A stretch of DNA of 32,000 nucleotides from Mycobacterium tuberculosis H37Rv (GTDB lineage Bacteria > Actinomycetota > Actinomycetes > Mycobacteriales > Mycobacteriaceae), in contig NC_000962.3 in assembly GCF_000195955.2 (NCBI RefSeq), positions 3,990,001-4,022,000 on the forward strand, given 5' to 3'. Positions 18,723 to 30,141 of the stretch are shown one piece after another. The notes under the pieces were generated by a model. It was not told the DNA's origin. It made no database searches and was given only the letters and a program-made list of their open reading frames with translations. Each line of letters opens with the position of its first letter. The stretch's first letter is position 1. Position numbers and translations under genes: made by a program.

Positions 18723-19282
18723 AGCCAGGTGTCCTGGGTGGTGGTGATGAGGAAAGCCTCCAGGTCGTCGCGCCAGTGCGCCGGCGTGGTCTTTTCCGGC
18801 TCGATGCCGGTGTAGTCGCCGCGATAGAACAGCAGCGGCCGCGGCTTGACCGCCGGGACCTCTGACAGTGACTCGACGGCACCGAACACCACGAAGTGAT
18901 CGCCGCCGTCGTGCACCGACGCCACCGTGCAGTCAATGTAGGCCAGCGATCCCTCGATGATCGGTGAGCCTAGTTCCGAAGGGCGCCAATCGATACCGGC
19001 GAACTTGTCCGGCTCCTTCGAGCCGAATCGCGCCGAGACGTCTTTCTGCTTTTCGGTCAGTACGTTGACGCAGAACCGGCCGCTGGCCTCGATGGCCTGC
19101 CAGGACCGCGACACCTTAGTGGGGCAGAACAGCACCAACGGCGGTTCCAACGACAGCGCCGCGAACGACTGGCACGCAAACCCGACGGGCACGTCGTCGT
19201 GCACAGTGGTGATGACAGTGATCCCCGTACAGAACTGACCGAGCACGGAGCGGAACGTGCGTGGATCGATCTGAGCCGACAT
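18719..19282 (-). CDS. hsaB: Flavin reductase component of 3-HSA hydroxylase (187 aa)
   Basis: MSAQIDPRTFRSVLGQFCTGITVITTVHDDVPVGFACQSFAALSLEPPLVLFCP, flavin reductase-like domain. Start chosen inside the 204-aa ORF. Confidence 0.94.
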   Translation of the reverse strand: MSAQIDPRTFRSVLGQFCTGITVITTVHDDVPVGFACQSFAALSLEPPLVLFCPTKVSRSWQAIEASGRFCVNVLTEKQKDVSARFGSKEPDKFAGIDWRPSELGSPIIEGSLAYIDCTVASVHDGGDHFVVFGAVESLSEVPAVKPRPLLFYRGDYTGIEPEKTTPAHWRDDLEAFLITTTQDTWL

Positions 19283-19296
19283 CGTTTGCTTTCGAG

Positions 19297-22270
<2,974 letters not shown>

Positions 22271-22309
22271 TTACTTTTGCCTCTCCGGGTTGCGAACTTA
22301 GAGAAAGAC

Positions 22310-22323
22310 TAGAACACGTTCCG
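22310..22323. promoter_or_regulatory. KstR operator-like half of a tandem site, hsaA side
   Basis: TAGAACACGTTCCG matches TnnAACnnGTTnnA except for the last base. Confidence 0.65.
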
Positions 22324-22377
22324 ATTTGTGTCGAGCTAGGTATTCCTGCGGCAGGTAGCGATACCAAATGGGTTTTC

Positions 22378-22391
22378 TGTAACATGTTCTA
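22378..22391. promoter_or_regulatory. KstR operator-like palindrome, kshB side
   Basis: TGTAACATGTTCTA is a full match to TnnAACnnGTTnnA, 25 bp upstream of the kshB start. Confidence 0.85.
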
Positions 22392-22416
22392 GTTATGACG
22401 GAAGAGAGGACGGGTC

Positions 22417-23493
22417 TTGACCGAGGCAATTGGAGACGAGCCACTCGGCGACCACGTCCTTGAACTGCAGATCGCCGAGGTCGTCGACGAAACCGACGAG
22501 GCGCGATCGCTGGTCTTCGCGGTGCCCGACGGATCGGACGACCCGGAGATCCCCCCTCGGCGCCTGCGTTACGCCCCCGGCCAATTCTTGACGCTGCGCG
22601 TGCCCAGCGAGCGTACCGGTTCGGTGGCGCGCTGCTACTCGTTGTGCAGTTCGCCCTACACCGACGACGCCTTGGCGGTCACGGTCAAACGAACCGCCGA
22701 CGGGTACGCCTCCAACTGGTTGTGCGATCACGCGCAGGTGGGCATGCGCATCCACGTGCTGGCCCCGTCGGGCAACTTCGTCCCCACAACCCTCGACGCC
22801 GATTTCCTCCTGCTGGCAGCGGGTAGCGGCATCACCCCGATCATGTCGATCTGCAAATCGGCGCTTGCCGAGGGCGGTGGACAGGTGACGCTGCTCTACG
22901 CCAACCGCGACGACCGCTCGGTCATCTTCGGAGACGCGCTGCGCGAGTTGGCGGCGAAGTATCCCGACCGGCTCACGGTGCTGCACTGGCTAGAGTCGCT
23001 GCAGGGGCTGCCGAGCGCGAGCGCGCTGGCCAAGCTCGTCGCGCCCTACACCGACCGGCCGGTGTTCATCTGTGGGCCCGGCCCGTTCATGCAGGCGGCC
23101 CGGGACGCCCTGGCGGCGCTGAAAGTGCCCGCCCAACAGGTGCACATCGAGGTGTTCAAGTCGCTGGAATCGGATCCGTTCGCGGCCGTCAAGGTCGACG
23201 ACAGCGGTGACGAGGCGCCGGCGACCGCGGTGGTGGAACTCGACGGCCAAACCCACACCGTCTCCTGGCCGCGCACCGCCAAGCTGCTCGACGTGCTGCT
23301 GGCCGCGGGCCTGGACGCGCCGTTCTCCTGCCGGGAAGGCCACTGCGGTGCGTGTGCGTGCACCCTGCGCGCCGGCAAAGTGAATATGGGAGTCAACGAC
23401 GTGCTCGAGCAGCAGGATCTCGATGAGGGACTGATTTTGGCCTGTCAATCTCGCCCGGAATCTGATTCGGTGGAAGTGACCTACGACGAGTAG
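22417..23493 (+). CDS. kshB: 3-ketosteroid-9-alpha-hydroxylase reductase (358 aa)
   Basis: RCYSLCSSP FAD motif, LLAAGSGITPIMSI and 2Fe-2S cysteines CREGHCGACACTL...LILACQS. TTG start at 22417. Confidence 0.95.
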   Translation: MTEAIGDEPLGDHVLELQIAEVVDETDEARSLVFAVPDGSDDPEIPPRRLRYAPGQFLTLRVPSERTGSVARCYSLCSSPYTDDALAVTVKRTADGYASNWLCDHAQVGMRIHVLAPSGNFVPTTLDADFLLLAAGSGITPIMSICKSALAEGGGQVTLLYANRDDRSVIFGDALRELAAKYPDRLTVLHWLESLQGLPSASALAKLVAPYTDRPVFICGPGPFMQAARDALAALKVPAQQVHIEVFKSLESDPFAAVKVDDSGDEAPATAVVELDGQTHTVSWPRTAKLLDVLLAAGLDAPFSCREGHCGACACTLRAGKVNMGVNDVLEQQDLDEGLILACQSRPESDSVEVTYDE

Positions 23494-23510
23494 TCCCGGA
23501 AGGGAGCGAG

Positions 23511-24041
23511 ATGACGCGGCTGATACCGGGTTGCACGCTCGTCGGGCTGATGCTGACGTTACTGCCCGCGCCCACCTCGGCGGCCGGGAGCAACACCGCC
23601 ACCACCCTGTTCCCGGTCGACGAGGTCACCCAGCTGGAGACGCACACCTTCCTCGATTGCCACCCCAACGGCAGCTGCGACTTCGTCGCTGGAGCAAATC
23701 TGCGCACACCCGACGGCCCGACGGGCTTTCCGCCCGGGCTGTGGGCGCGCCAAACCACCGAGATCCGTTCGACGAACCGGTTGGCCTATCTGGACGCGCA
23801 CGCCACCAGCCAGTTCGAACGGGTAATGAAGGCGGGCGGATCCGACGTGATCACCACCGTCTACTTCGGCGAGGGTCCGCCGGACAAATACCAGACCACC
23901 GGGGTCATCGACTCGACCAATTGGTCGACCGGTCAACCGATGACCGACGTCAACGTCATCGTGTGTACACACATGCAGGTGGTCTACCCGGGGGTCAACC
24001 TCACCTCGCCCAGCACCTGCGCGCAAGCCAACTTTTCCTAG
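23511..24041 (+). CDS. Small probable secreted protein with N-terminal signal sequence (176 aa, Rv3572-type)
   Basis: MTRLIPGCTLVGLMLTLLPAPTSAAGSNTAT looks like a signal peptide with an AxA site. Cysteine pairs in the mature part; downstream of kshB by 17 bp. Confidence 0.85.
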   Translation: MTRLIPGCTLVGLMLTLLPAPTSAAGSNTATTLFPVDEVTQLETHTFLDCHPNGSCDFVAGANLRTPDGPTGFPPGLWARQTTEIRSTNRLAYLDAHATSQFERVMKAGGSDVITTVYFGEGPPDKYQTTGVIDSTNWSTGQPMTDVNVIVCTHMQVVYPGVNLTSPSTCAQANFS

Positions 24042-24076
24042 CTAGGACTCGTCCTGGTACTCGCTGAGCCGGTAAA

Positions 24077-26212
24077 TCAACGCGGCAGACCCAGCAGCCG
24101 TTCGGCGGCCACCGTCAACAGGATCTGCTCGGTACCGCCGGCTATCGTCAGGCACCGGGTGTTGAGGAAGTCGTACACCGCGCGGTTCTCGACGAGCCCG
24201 CCCCCGTCGGACACCTCCATCAGGTATTCGGCCAGCGCCTGTCGGTAGCGCACGCCGATCAGTTTGCGGACGCTGGATTGCGCCCCCGGATCCTGGCCGC
24301 CGACGGCCAACTCGGCGATCCGCCGGTCCAACAGCGCACCGGCCTGAGCCAGCAGGATCAGCCTGCCCAGCCGATCTTGCTGCGCGACATCGAGTTCCAT
24401 GTCACCCAAGACCTTGAGCAGCTCTTCCATCGGGTTGCCCAGCGCGGTCCCGGTGGCCATCGCGACCCGCTCGTTGGCTAGCGTGGTGCGCGCCAGCCGC
24501 CAGCCGTCGTTCACGGCGCCGACGACCATCTCGTCGGGGACGAACACATTGTCCAGGAAGACCTCGTTGAACAGCGAGTCGCCGGTGATCTCGCGCAGCG
24601 GTCGGATCTCAATTCCCGGTGTGGTCATGTCCACCAGGAAGTAGGTAATGCCCTTGTGCTTCGGAGCATCCGGGTCGGTGCGCGCCAGGCACACCCCCCA
24701 CCGAGCCTTGTGAGCCGCCGACGTCCACACCTTCTGTCCGGTGAGCAGCCAGCCGCCGTCAGCCCGCACCGCCTTGGTACGCAGCGACGCCAGGTCCGAA
24801 CCGGCCCCCGGCTCGGAAAATAGCTGACACCAAAGGAATTCACCGCGCATGGTGGCCGGGACGAAACGTTCGATCTGTTCCGGCGTGCCGTGTTCAAGGA
24901 TGGTCGGCGCCGCCCACCAGCCGATCACCAGGTCCGGGCGCTCAACCTTGGCCGCGGCCAGTTCCTGATCGATCAGCAGTTGCTCGGCCGGGGACGCGCC
25001 GCGCCCGTACGGCGCCGGCCAGTGCGGCGCCAGCAGGCCGGTGTCCGCCAGCGCCACCTGACGTTTCTCCTCGGGCAACGCGGCCACCTCGGCGACCGCC
25101 GCCGCGATCTCCGGTCGCAGGCCGGCCACCTCGGCCAGGTCGACGCCCAAGCGACGACGGACACCGGCCTGGGTCAGCGCCGTAACCCGACGCAGCCAGC
25201 GCCCGGATCCACCGAGGAACCCACCGATTCCGTGGGCCCGGCGCAGATACAAATGCGCGTCGTGCTCCCAGGTGCAGCCGATACCACCGAGCACCTGGAT
25301 ACAGTCCTTGGCGTTGGCTTTGGCGGCGTCGATGCCGATGCTCGCGGCCACCGCCGCGGCGATCGAAAGTTGGGTGCCATCGGAATCGGCTGCGGCGCGG
25401 GCCGCATCGGCGGCGGCCACATCGGCCTGCTCGGCACGGCACAACATCTGAGCACACAGGTGCTTGACAGCCTGGAAGCTGCCGATCGGCTTGCCGAATT
25501 GCTCCCGCACCTTGGCGTAGGCAACCGCGGTATCGAGCGTCCATCGAGCCACCCCGGCCGCCTCGGCCGCCAGCACGGTAGCGGCCAGGTCTTCCACCCG
25601 CTCCCCCGACACCTCCAGAACGGTGACCGGTGCCGATGTCAGCACCATCCGGGCCAGCGGCAGCGAAAAGTCGGTGGCCCGCAGCGGCTCCACTACGACC
25701 TCGTCGCAAGCAGTGTCCACCAGCAGCCAATTCCCGTCGGCCGGCAACAGCACGACGCCGCCGGGCGCGCCACCAAGCACTCGGCCGACGGTGCCCGACG
25801 CGGTCGACGTCTTCGGGTCGACCTGCACGCCACCGTCGATAGCCACCCCGGCGAACCGTTCACCCGACGCTAGCGCGCTGCGCAGCTTGGGATCGGAGAC
25901 AACCAAAGTGGCCACCGCGGTGGTCGCGACCGGCCCCGGTACCAACGCCCTGGCCGCCTCGTCGACCATCGCACACAGGTCCTCGATGCTGCCGCCAGCT
26001 CCGCCACAATCCTCTGGGACGGCGACACCGAAGAGGCCCAGGCCCGCCAGCCCGGCGAACACCGGCCGCCATGCGTCCGCATTTCCTTCTTCGAAGCCGT
26101 ATTCCATGTCGCGGACCGCCGCAGTCGCGGCCGCACCTGAGGCCGCGGTGCGGGCCCAGCCGCGCACCAACTCACGAGCCGCGGATTGTTCGTCGGTGAC
26201 GGTCGCTACCAC
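24077..26212 (-). CDS. fadE34: Two-domain acyl-CoA dehydrogenase (711 aa)
   Basis: N-terminal half has YAKVREQFGKPIGSFQAVKHL and a HGIGG end. C-terminal half has LFSEPGAGSDLASLRT, LTGQKVWTSAAHKARWG and TRCLTIAGGTEQILLTVAAERLLGLPR. Confidence 0.94.
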   Translation of the reverse strand: MVATVTDEQSAARELVRGWARTAASGAAATAAVRDMEYGFEEGNADAWRPVFAGLAGLGLFGVAVPEDCGGAGGSIEDLCAMVDEAARALVPGPVATTAVATLVVSDPKLRSALASGERFAGVAIDGGVQVDPKTSTASGTVGRVLGGAPGGVVLLPADGNWLLVDTACDEVVVEPLRATDFSLPLARMVLTSAPVTVLEVSGERVEDLAATVLAAEAAGVARWTLDTAVAYAKVREQFGKPIGSFQAVKHLCAQMLCRAEQADVAAADAARAAADSDGTQLSIAAAVAASIGIDAAKANAKDCIQVLGGIGCTWEHDAHLYLRRAHGIGGFLGGSGRWLRRVTALTQAGVRRRLGVDLAEVAGLRPEIAAAVAEVAALPEEKRQVALADTGLLAPHWPAPYGRGASPAEQLLIDQELAAAKVERPDLVIGWWAAPTILEHGTPEQIERFVPATMRGEFLWCQLFSEPGAGSDLASLRTKAVRADGGWLLTGQKVWTSAAHKARWGVCLARTDPDAPKHKGITYFLVDMTTPGIEIRPLREITGDSLFNEVFLDNVFVPDEMVVGAVNDGWRLARTTLANERVAMATGTALGNPMEELLKVLGDMELDVAQQDRLGRLILLAQAGALLDRRIAELAVGGQDPGAQSSVRKLIGVRYRQALAEYLMEVSDGGGLVENRAVYDFLNTRCLTIAGGTEQILLTVAAERLLGLPR

Positions 26213-26265
26213 CTGCAGACCTCCGCGTCGACAATTTCACATAGCAATGGAGCGTTCTTGCCCAC

Positions 26266-26279
26266 TAGAACGTGTTCTA
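26266..26279. promoter_or_regulatory. KstR operator, perfect palindrome except for the two central bases, in the divergent fadE34/kstR region
   Basis: TAGAACGTGTTCTA matches TnnAACnnGTTnnA. Confidence 0.88.
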
Positions 26280-26420
26280 ATAGTGCTAACGATCAACCGT
26301 CAAGTCGAAGGCAATAACTCCAGCACATGTCGTCGTCTCGGCTGTCGGGAGGTGGGAAATCTACACACAGCATGCGTATCGTTTGCAAACGAACCGCCCG
26401 GAAGAGGAGCTGCCCGCTAC

Positions 26421-27083
26421 ATGTCGTCAGCGAACACGAACACCAGTAGCGCTCCCGACGCACCACCTCGCGCGGTCATGAAAGTGGCGGTACTTGCCGA
26501 GTCCGAGCTCGGATCGGAGGCACAGCGGGAGCGCCGCAAGCGCATCTTGGACGCCACCATGGCTATCGCGTCCAAAGGCGGCTATGAGGCGGTGCAGATG
26601 CGCGCCGTCGCCGACCGCGCCGACGTCGCGGTTGGCACGCTGTACCGGTACTTCCCGTCGAAGGTGCATCTGCTGGTGTCGGCGCTGGGTCGGGAATTCA
26701 GCCGCATCGACGCGAAAACCGACCGCTCCGCGGTCGCCGGGGCCACCCCCTTCCAGCGGCTGAACTTTATGGTCGGCAAGCTCAACCGCGCGATGCAACG
26801 CAATCCGCTACTCACCGAGGCCATGACACGTGCCTACGTGTTCGCCGACGCCTCGGCGGCCAGCGAGGTCGACCAGGTCGAAAAGCTCATCGACAGTATG
26901 TTCGCGCGTGCAATGGCCAACGGCGAACCAACCGAGGACCAGTACCACATAGCGCGGGTGATCTCGGACGTGTGGTTGTCGAACCTGCTCGCGTGGCTTA
27001 CCCGACGAGCCTCGGCTACCGACGTCAGCAAGCGGCTGGACCTGGCCGTGCGGCTGCTGATCGGCGATCAAGACAGCGCCTAG
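26421..27083 (+). CDS. kstR: TetR-family transcriptional repressor of cholesterol catabolism (220 aa; alternative starts at 26478 and 26484 give 201 or 199 aa)
   Basis: AQRERRKRILDATMAIASKGGYEAVQMRAVADRADVAVGTLYRYFPSKVHLLVSALG helix-turn-helix. Stop TAG 27081-27083. Confidence 0.94.
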   Translation: MSSANTNTSSAPDAPPRAVMKVAVLAESELGSEAQRERRKRILDATMAIASKGGYEAVQMRAVADRADVAVGTLYRYFPSKVHLLVSALGREFSRIDAKTDRSAVAGATPFQRLNFMVGKLNRAMQRNPLLTEAMTRAYVFADASAASEVDQVEKLIDSMFARAMANGEPTEDQYHIARVISDVWLSNLLAWLTRRASATDVSKRLDLAVRLLIGDQDSA

Positions 27084-27088
27084 AAGAC

Positions 27089-28168
27089 TTACGCCGGCGG
27101 ACCCGCGGTGCGGCCCCGGACCAGCTCGGTATCGAGCACCTCGATGACGGGCAGTCCGGACCGCGGCGGCTTCAGCAATAGCTCGCCCGCCCGGTGCCCC
27201 TTGTGCAGACTCGGCTGCGCGACCGTGGTCAGCCCCCGGCTCAGCGCCTCTGGCACTCCGTCAAACCCTGTGACGGTCATCTGCCCGGGCACGTAAATCC
27301 CGTGCGCCCGAAGGTAATCCATAGCTGAGAGCGCCAAGATGTCCGCTGTGCACATCAGCGCGGTCAGCCGCGGATTGGCCTGCAGAGCCACCTTGGCGGC
27401 AGTGCCGCCGGACGTCGGCAAATGCTCGTAGCTTTCCACCACGGTCAGCGAGTCCGGGTCGACGCCGGCGGCCGTCATCGCCTCCCATACGCCGACGATG
27501 CGTTCGCGCTGTACGTCGAAGGTCGGCGACCGCAGCCGCTCGGCGTCCACCAAGTCTTGCCGCCGATCCCGTCCCAGCCGCATGGTCAGCAGGCCGAGCT
27601 CGCGATGCCCCAACCCGAGTACGTAGCCGGCAAGCTCACGCATCGCCGCCCGGTCGTCGATGCCGACCCGGGACACTCCGGAGAGGTCTTTGGGCTGGTC
27701 GACCACCACCACCGGCAGCCGCCGCTGCAGCACGACCTGCAGGTAGGGATCGTCGTCGCCTACCGAATACACCACGAAGCCGTCCACCCCAGCGCCGAGC
27801 ACGGCAGCTGTGCCGTCCGCAAGGCTCCGACTGGAGCCGACGGAAACCAGCTGCAGGCCCTGCCCCAGCTCTTCGCACGACTGCGCCACTCCCGCAACAA
27901 AATCCCGCGCGGCCGGGTCGCTGAAGAAATAGGTCAGCGGTTCGGCCATCACCAAACCGACCGCACCGGCTTTGCGGGTCCGCAACGATCGCGCCACCGG
28001 ATCCGGTCCGGCATAGCCCAGTCGCTTGGCCGTGGCAAGCACTCGTTCACGTAGATCGGCGGAGAGCTGATCCGGTCGGTTAAAAGCATTCGAGACAGTG
28101 GTGCGGGACACCTTGAGCTCGGCTGCTAACGACGCCAGAGTCGCCCGCCTCCGCGGTGTGGGACTCAC
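27089..28168 (-). CDS. LacI-family transcriptional regulator (359 aa, Rv3575c-type)
   Basis: TLASLAAELKVSRTTVSNAFNRPDQLSADLRERVLATAKRLGYAGPDPVARSLR HTH, periplasmic-binding-like sensor and VTGFDGVPEA. GTG start chosen at 28168 within the 404-aa ORF. Confidence 0.9.
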   Translation of the reverse strand: MSPTPRRRATLASLAAELKVSRTTVSNAFNRPDQLSADLRERVLATAKRLGYAGPDPVARSLRTRKAGAVGLVMAEPLTYFFSDPAARDFVAGVAQSCEELGQGLQLVSVGSSRSLADGTAAVLGAGVDGFVVYSVGDDDPYLQVVLQRRLPVVVVDQPKDLSGVSRVGIDDRAAMRELAGYVLGLGHRELGLLTMRLGRDRRQDLVDAERLRSPTFDVQRERIVGVWEAMTAAGVDPDSLTVVESYEHLPTSGGTAAKVALQANPRLTALMCTADILALSAMDYLRAHGIYVPGQMTVTGFDGVPEALSRGLTTVAQPSLHKGHRAGELLLKPPRSGLPVIEVLDTELVRGRTAGPPA

Positions 28169-28357
28169 GTTCGGTGAGGGTACAGCGGACCCTCGAGCAC
28201 GCAATATCGTGGGCCGGCTGGCAACCGTCGGTTTCGACGTTGGTGACGACCCCTCGTTCATGAATCGTTCTTGAGCTCCCCGTTTTGCTGGATGCCCAGG
28301 CACCGCCGGTACTGCTGCGCTTAAGCTTGTCGCACATGGTGCCGGCAGGGAGGAACA

Positions 28358-29071
28358 GTGGGCAAGCAGCTAGCCGCGCTCGCCGCGCTGGTCGGTGCGT
28401 GCATGCTCGCAGCCGGATGCACCAACGTGGTCGACGGGACCGCCGTGGCTGCCGACAAATCCGGACCACTGCATCAGGATCCGATACCGGTTTCAGCGCT
28501 TGAAGGGCTGCTTCTCGACTTGAGCCAGATCAATGCCGCGCTGGGTGCGACATCGATGAAGGTGTGGTTCAACGCCAAGGCAATGTGGGACTGGAGCAAG
28601 AGCGTGGCCGACAAGAATTGCCTGGCTATCGACGGTCCAGCACAGGAAAAGGTCTATGCCGGCACCGGGTGGACCGCTATGCGCGGCCAACGGCTGGATG
28701 ACAGCATCGATGACTCCAAGAAACGCGACCACTACGCCATTCAAGCGGTCGTCGGCTTCCCGACCGCACATGATGCCGAGGAGTTCTACAGCTCCTCGGT
28801 GCAAAGCTGGAGCAGCTGCTCGAACCGCCGGTTTGTCGAAGTCACCCCCGGACAGGACGACGCCGCCTGGACTGTGGCTGACGTTGTCAACGACAACGGC
28901 ATGCTCAGTAGCTCGCAGGTTCAGGAAGGCGGCGACGGATGGACCTGCCAGCGTGCCCTGACTGCGCGCAACAACGTCACTATCGACATTGTCACGTGCG
29001 CCTATAGCCAACCGGATTTGGTGGCGATTGGCATCGCTAACCAAATCGCGGCCAAGGTTGCTAAGCAGTAG
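28358..29071 (+). CDS. lppH: Lipoprotein with PknH-type extracytoplasmic sensor-like domain (237 aa)
   Basis: Signal and lipobox LVGACMLAAGCTNVVDG. Mature region with paired cysteines WSSCSNRRFVEV, GWTCQRAL and VTCAYS typical of the PknH C-terminal domain family. Confidence 0.88.
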   Translation: MGKQLAALAALVGACMLAAGCTNVVDGTAVAADKSGPLHQDPIPVSALEGLLLDLSQINAALGATSMKVWFNAKAMWDWSKSVADKNCLAIDGPAQEKVYAGTGWTAMRGQRLDDSIDDSKKRDHYAIQAVVGFPTAHDAEEFYSSSVQSWSSCSNRRFVEVTPGQDDAAWTVADVVNDNGMLSSSQVQEGGDGWTCQRALTARNNVTIDIVTCAYSQPDLVAIGIANQIAAKVAKQ

Positions 29072-29261
29072 GCATGGCCGACGGTCCCCTTGCCATCACG
29101 GCGAAATCGGTTTACATACATGGCTATTCGGTAGATACGGCAGAGATTCCAACAGCTGTGCGTGGCCACCCGAATGCCGCGGGAACCGCGATCAAGGACC
29201 GCCGCTGATGCGGCCGAAACTTGGGCGTCCCAATATCGCGCGGTATTCCAACAGGTTTAGC

Positions 29262-30128
29262 GTGCCTACCGCCAGATCCGATGCTCCGTTGTCGGTGACC
29301 TGGATGGGCGTTGCGACGCTGCTGGTCGACGACGGATCGTCGGCCCTGATGACTGATGGCTACTTTTCCCGGCCCGGCCTGGCACGGGTGGCGGCGGGTA
29401 AAGTGTCGCCGTCAGCGGAGCGGGTCGACGGTTGCCTTGCCCGGGCCAATGTCTCCCGGCTGACGGCCGTTATCCCGGTGCACACTCACATCGACCACGC
29501 GATGGATTCCGCGCTGGTCGCCGACCGTACCGGAGCCCAGCTGGTCGGGGGGGAGTCGGCGGCCAATGTCGGGCGCGGATACGGGTTGCCTGAGGAGTCT
29601 CTTGTCGTCGCCGTCCCAGGTGAACCAATCCAGTTGGGCGCCTTCGACGTGACGTTGGTGGAGTCGCATCACTGCCCACCCGACCGGTTTCCCGGTGTGA
29701 TCAGCGCACCACTGACACCGCCGGTGAAGGCGTCGGCCTACCGCTGCGGTGAGGCGTGGTCGACGCTGGTGCACCACCGGCCATCGGGGCGCCGGCTGTT
29801 AATCCAGGACAGCGCCGGTTTCGTCAGCGGCGCACTGGCCGGTTACCGCGCCGATGCCGCCTACCTCAGTGTCGGCCAGCTCGGCCTGCAACCGCCGTCA
29901 TACCTGCTCGAATACTGGACCGAGACCGTGCGCACGGTGGGCGTCCGCCGCGTGATTCTCATCCACTGGGACGACTTTTTTCGGCCGCTGTCAAAGCCGT
30001 TGCGGGCCTTGCCATATGCGGCCGACGACCTAGACCTGTCGATCCGCATCCTCGACGAGCTGGCCGCCCAGGACGGCGTCGCGCTGCAGATGCCGACGGT
30101 GTGGCGCCGCGAGGATCCCTGGATGTGA
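29262..30128 (+). CDS. Metallo-beta-lactamase-fold hydrolase (288 aa; possible longer start at ATG 29208)
   Basis: VTWMGVATLLVDDG, VHTHIDHAMDSALVA (HxHxDH) and VILIHWDDFFRPL. Confidence 0.85.
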   Translation: MPTARSDAPLSVTWMGVATLLVDDGSSALMTDGYFSRPGLARVAAGKVSPSAERVDGCLARANVSRLTAVIPVHTHIDHAMDSALVADRTGAQLVGGESAANVGRGYGLPEESLVVAVPGEPIQLGAFDVTLVESHHCPPDRFPGVISAPLTPPVKASAYRCGEAWSTLVHHRPSGRRLLIQDSAGFVSGALAGYRADAAYLSVGQLGLQPPSYLLEYWTETVRTVGVRRVILIHWDDFFRPLSKPLRALPYAADDLDLSIRILDELAAQDGVALQMPTVWRREDPWM

Positions 30129-30141
30129 AGCGCTCTAGCCC

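Noticed and set aside
25623-26420. N-terminal extension of the kstR frame (486-aa ORF) and the 24890-25873 plus-strand ORF
   Set aside because: They lie antisense to fadE34 and cross the operator at 26266. The kstR HTH begins well downstream.
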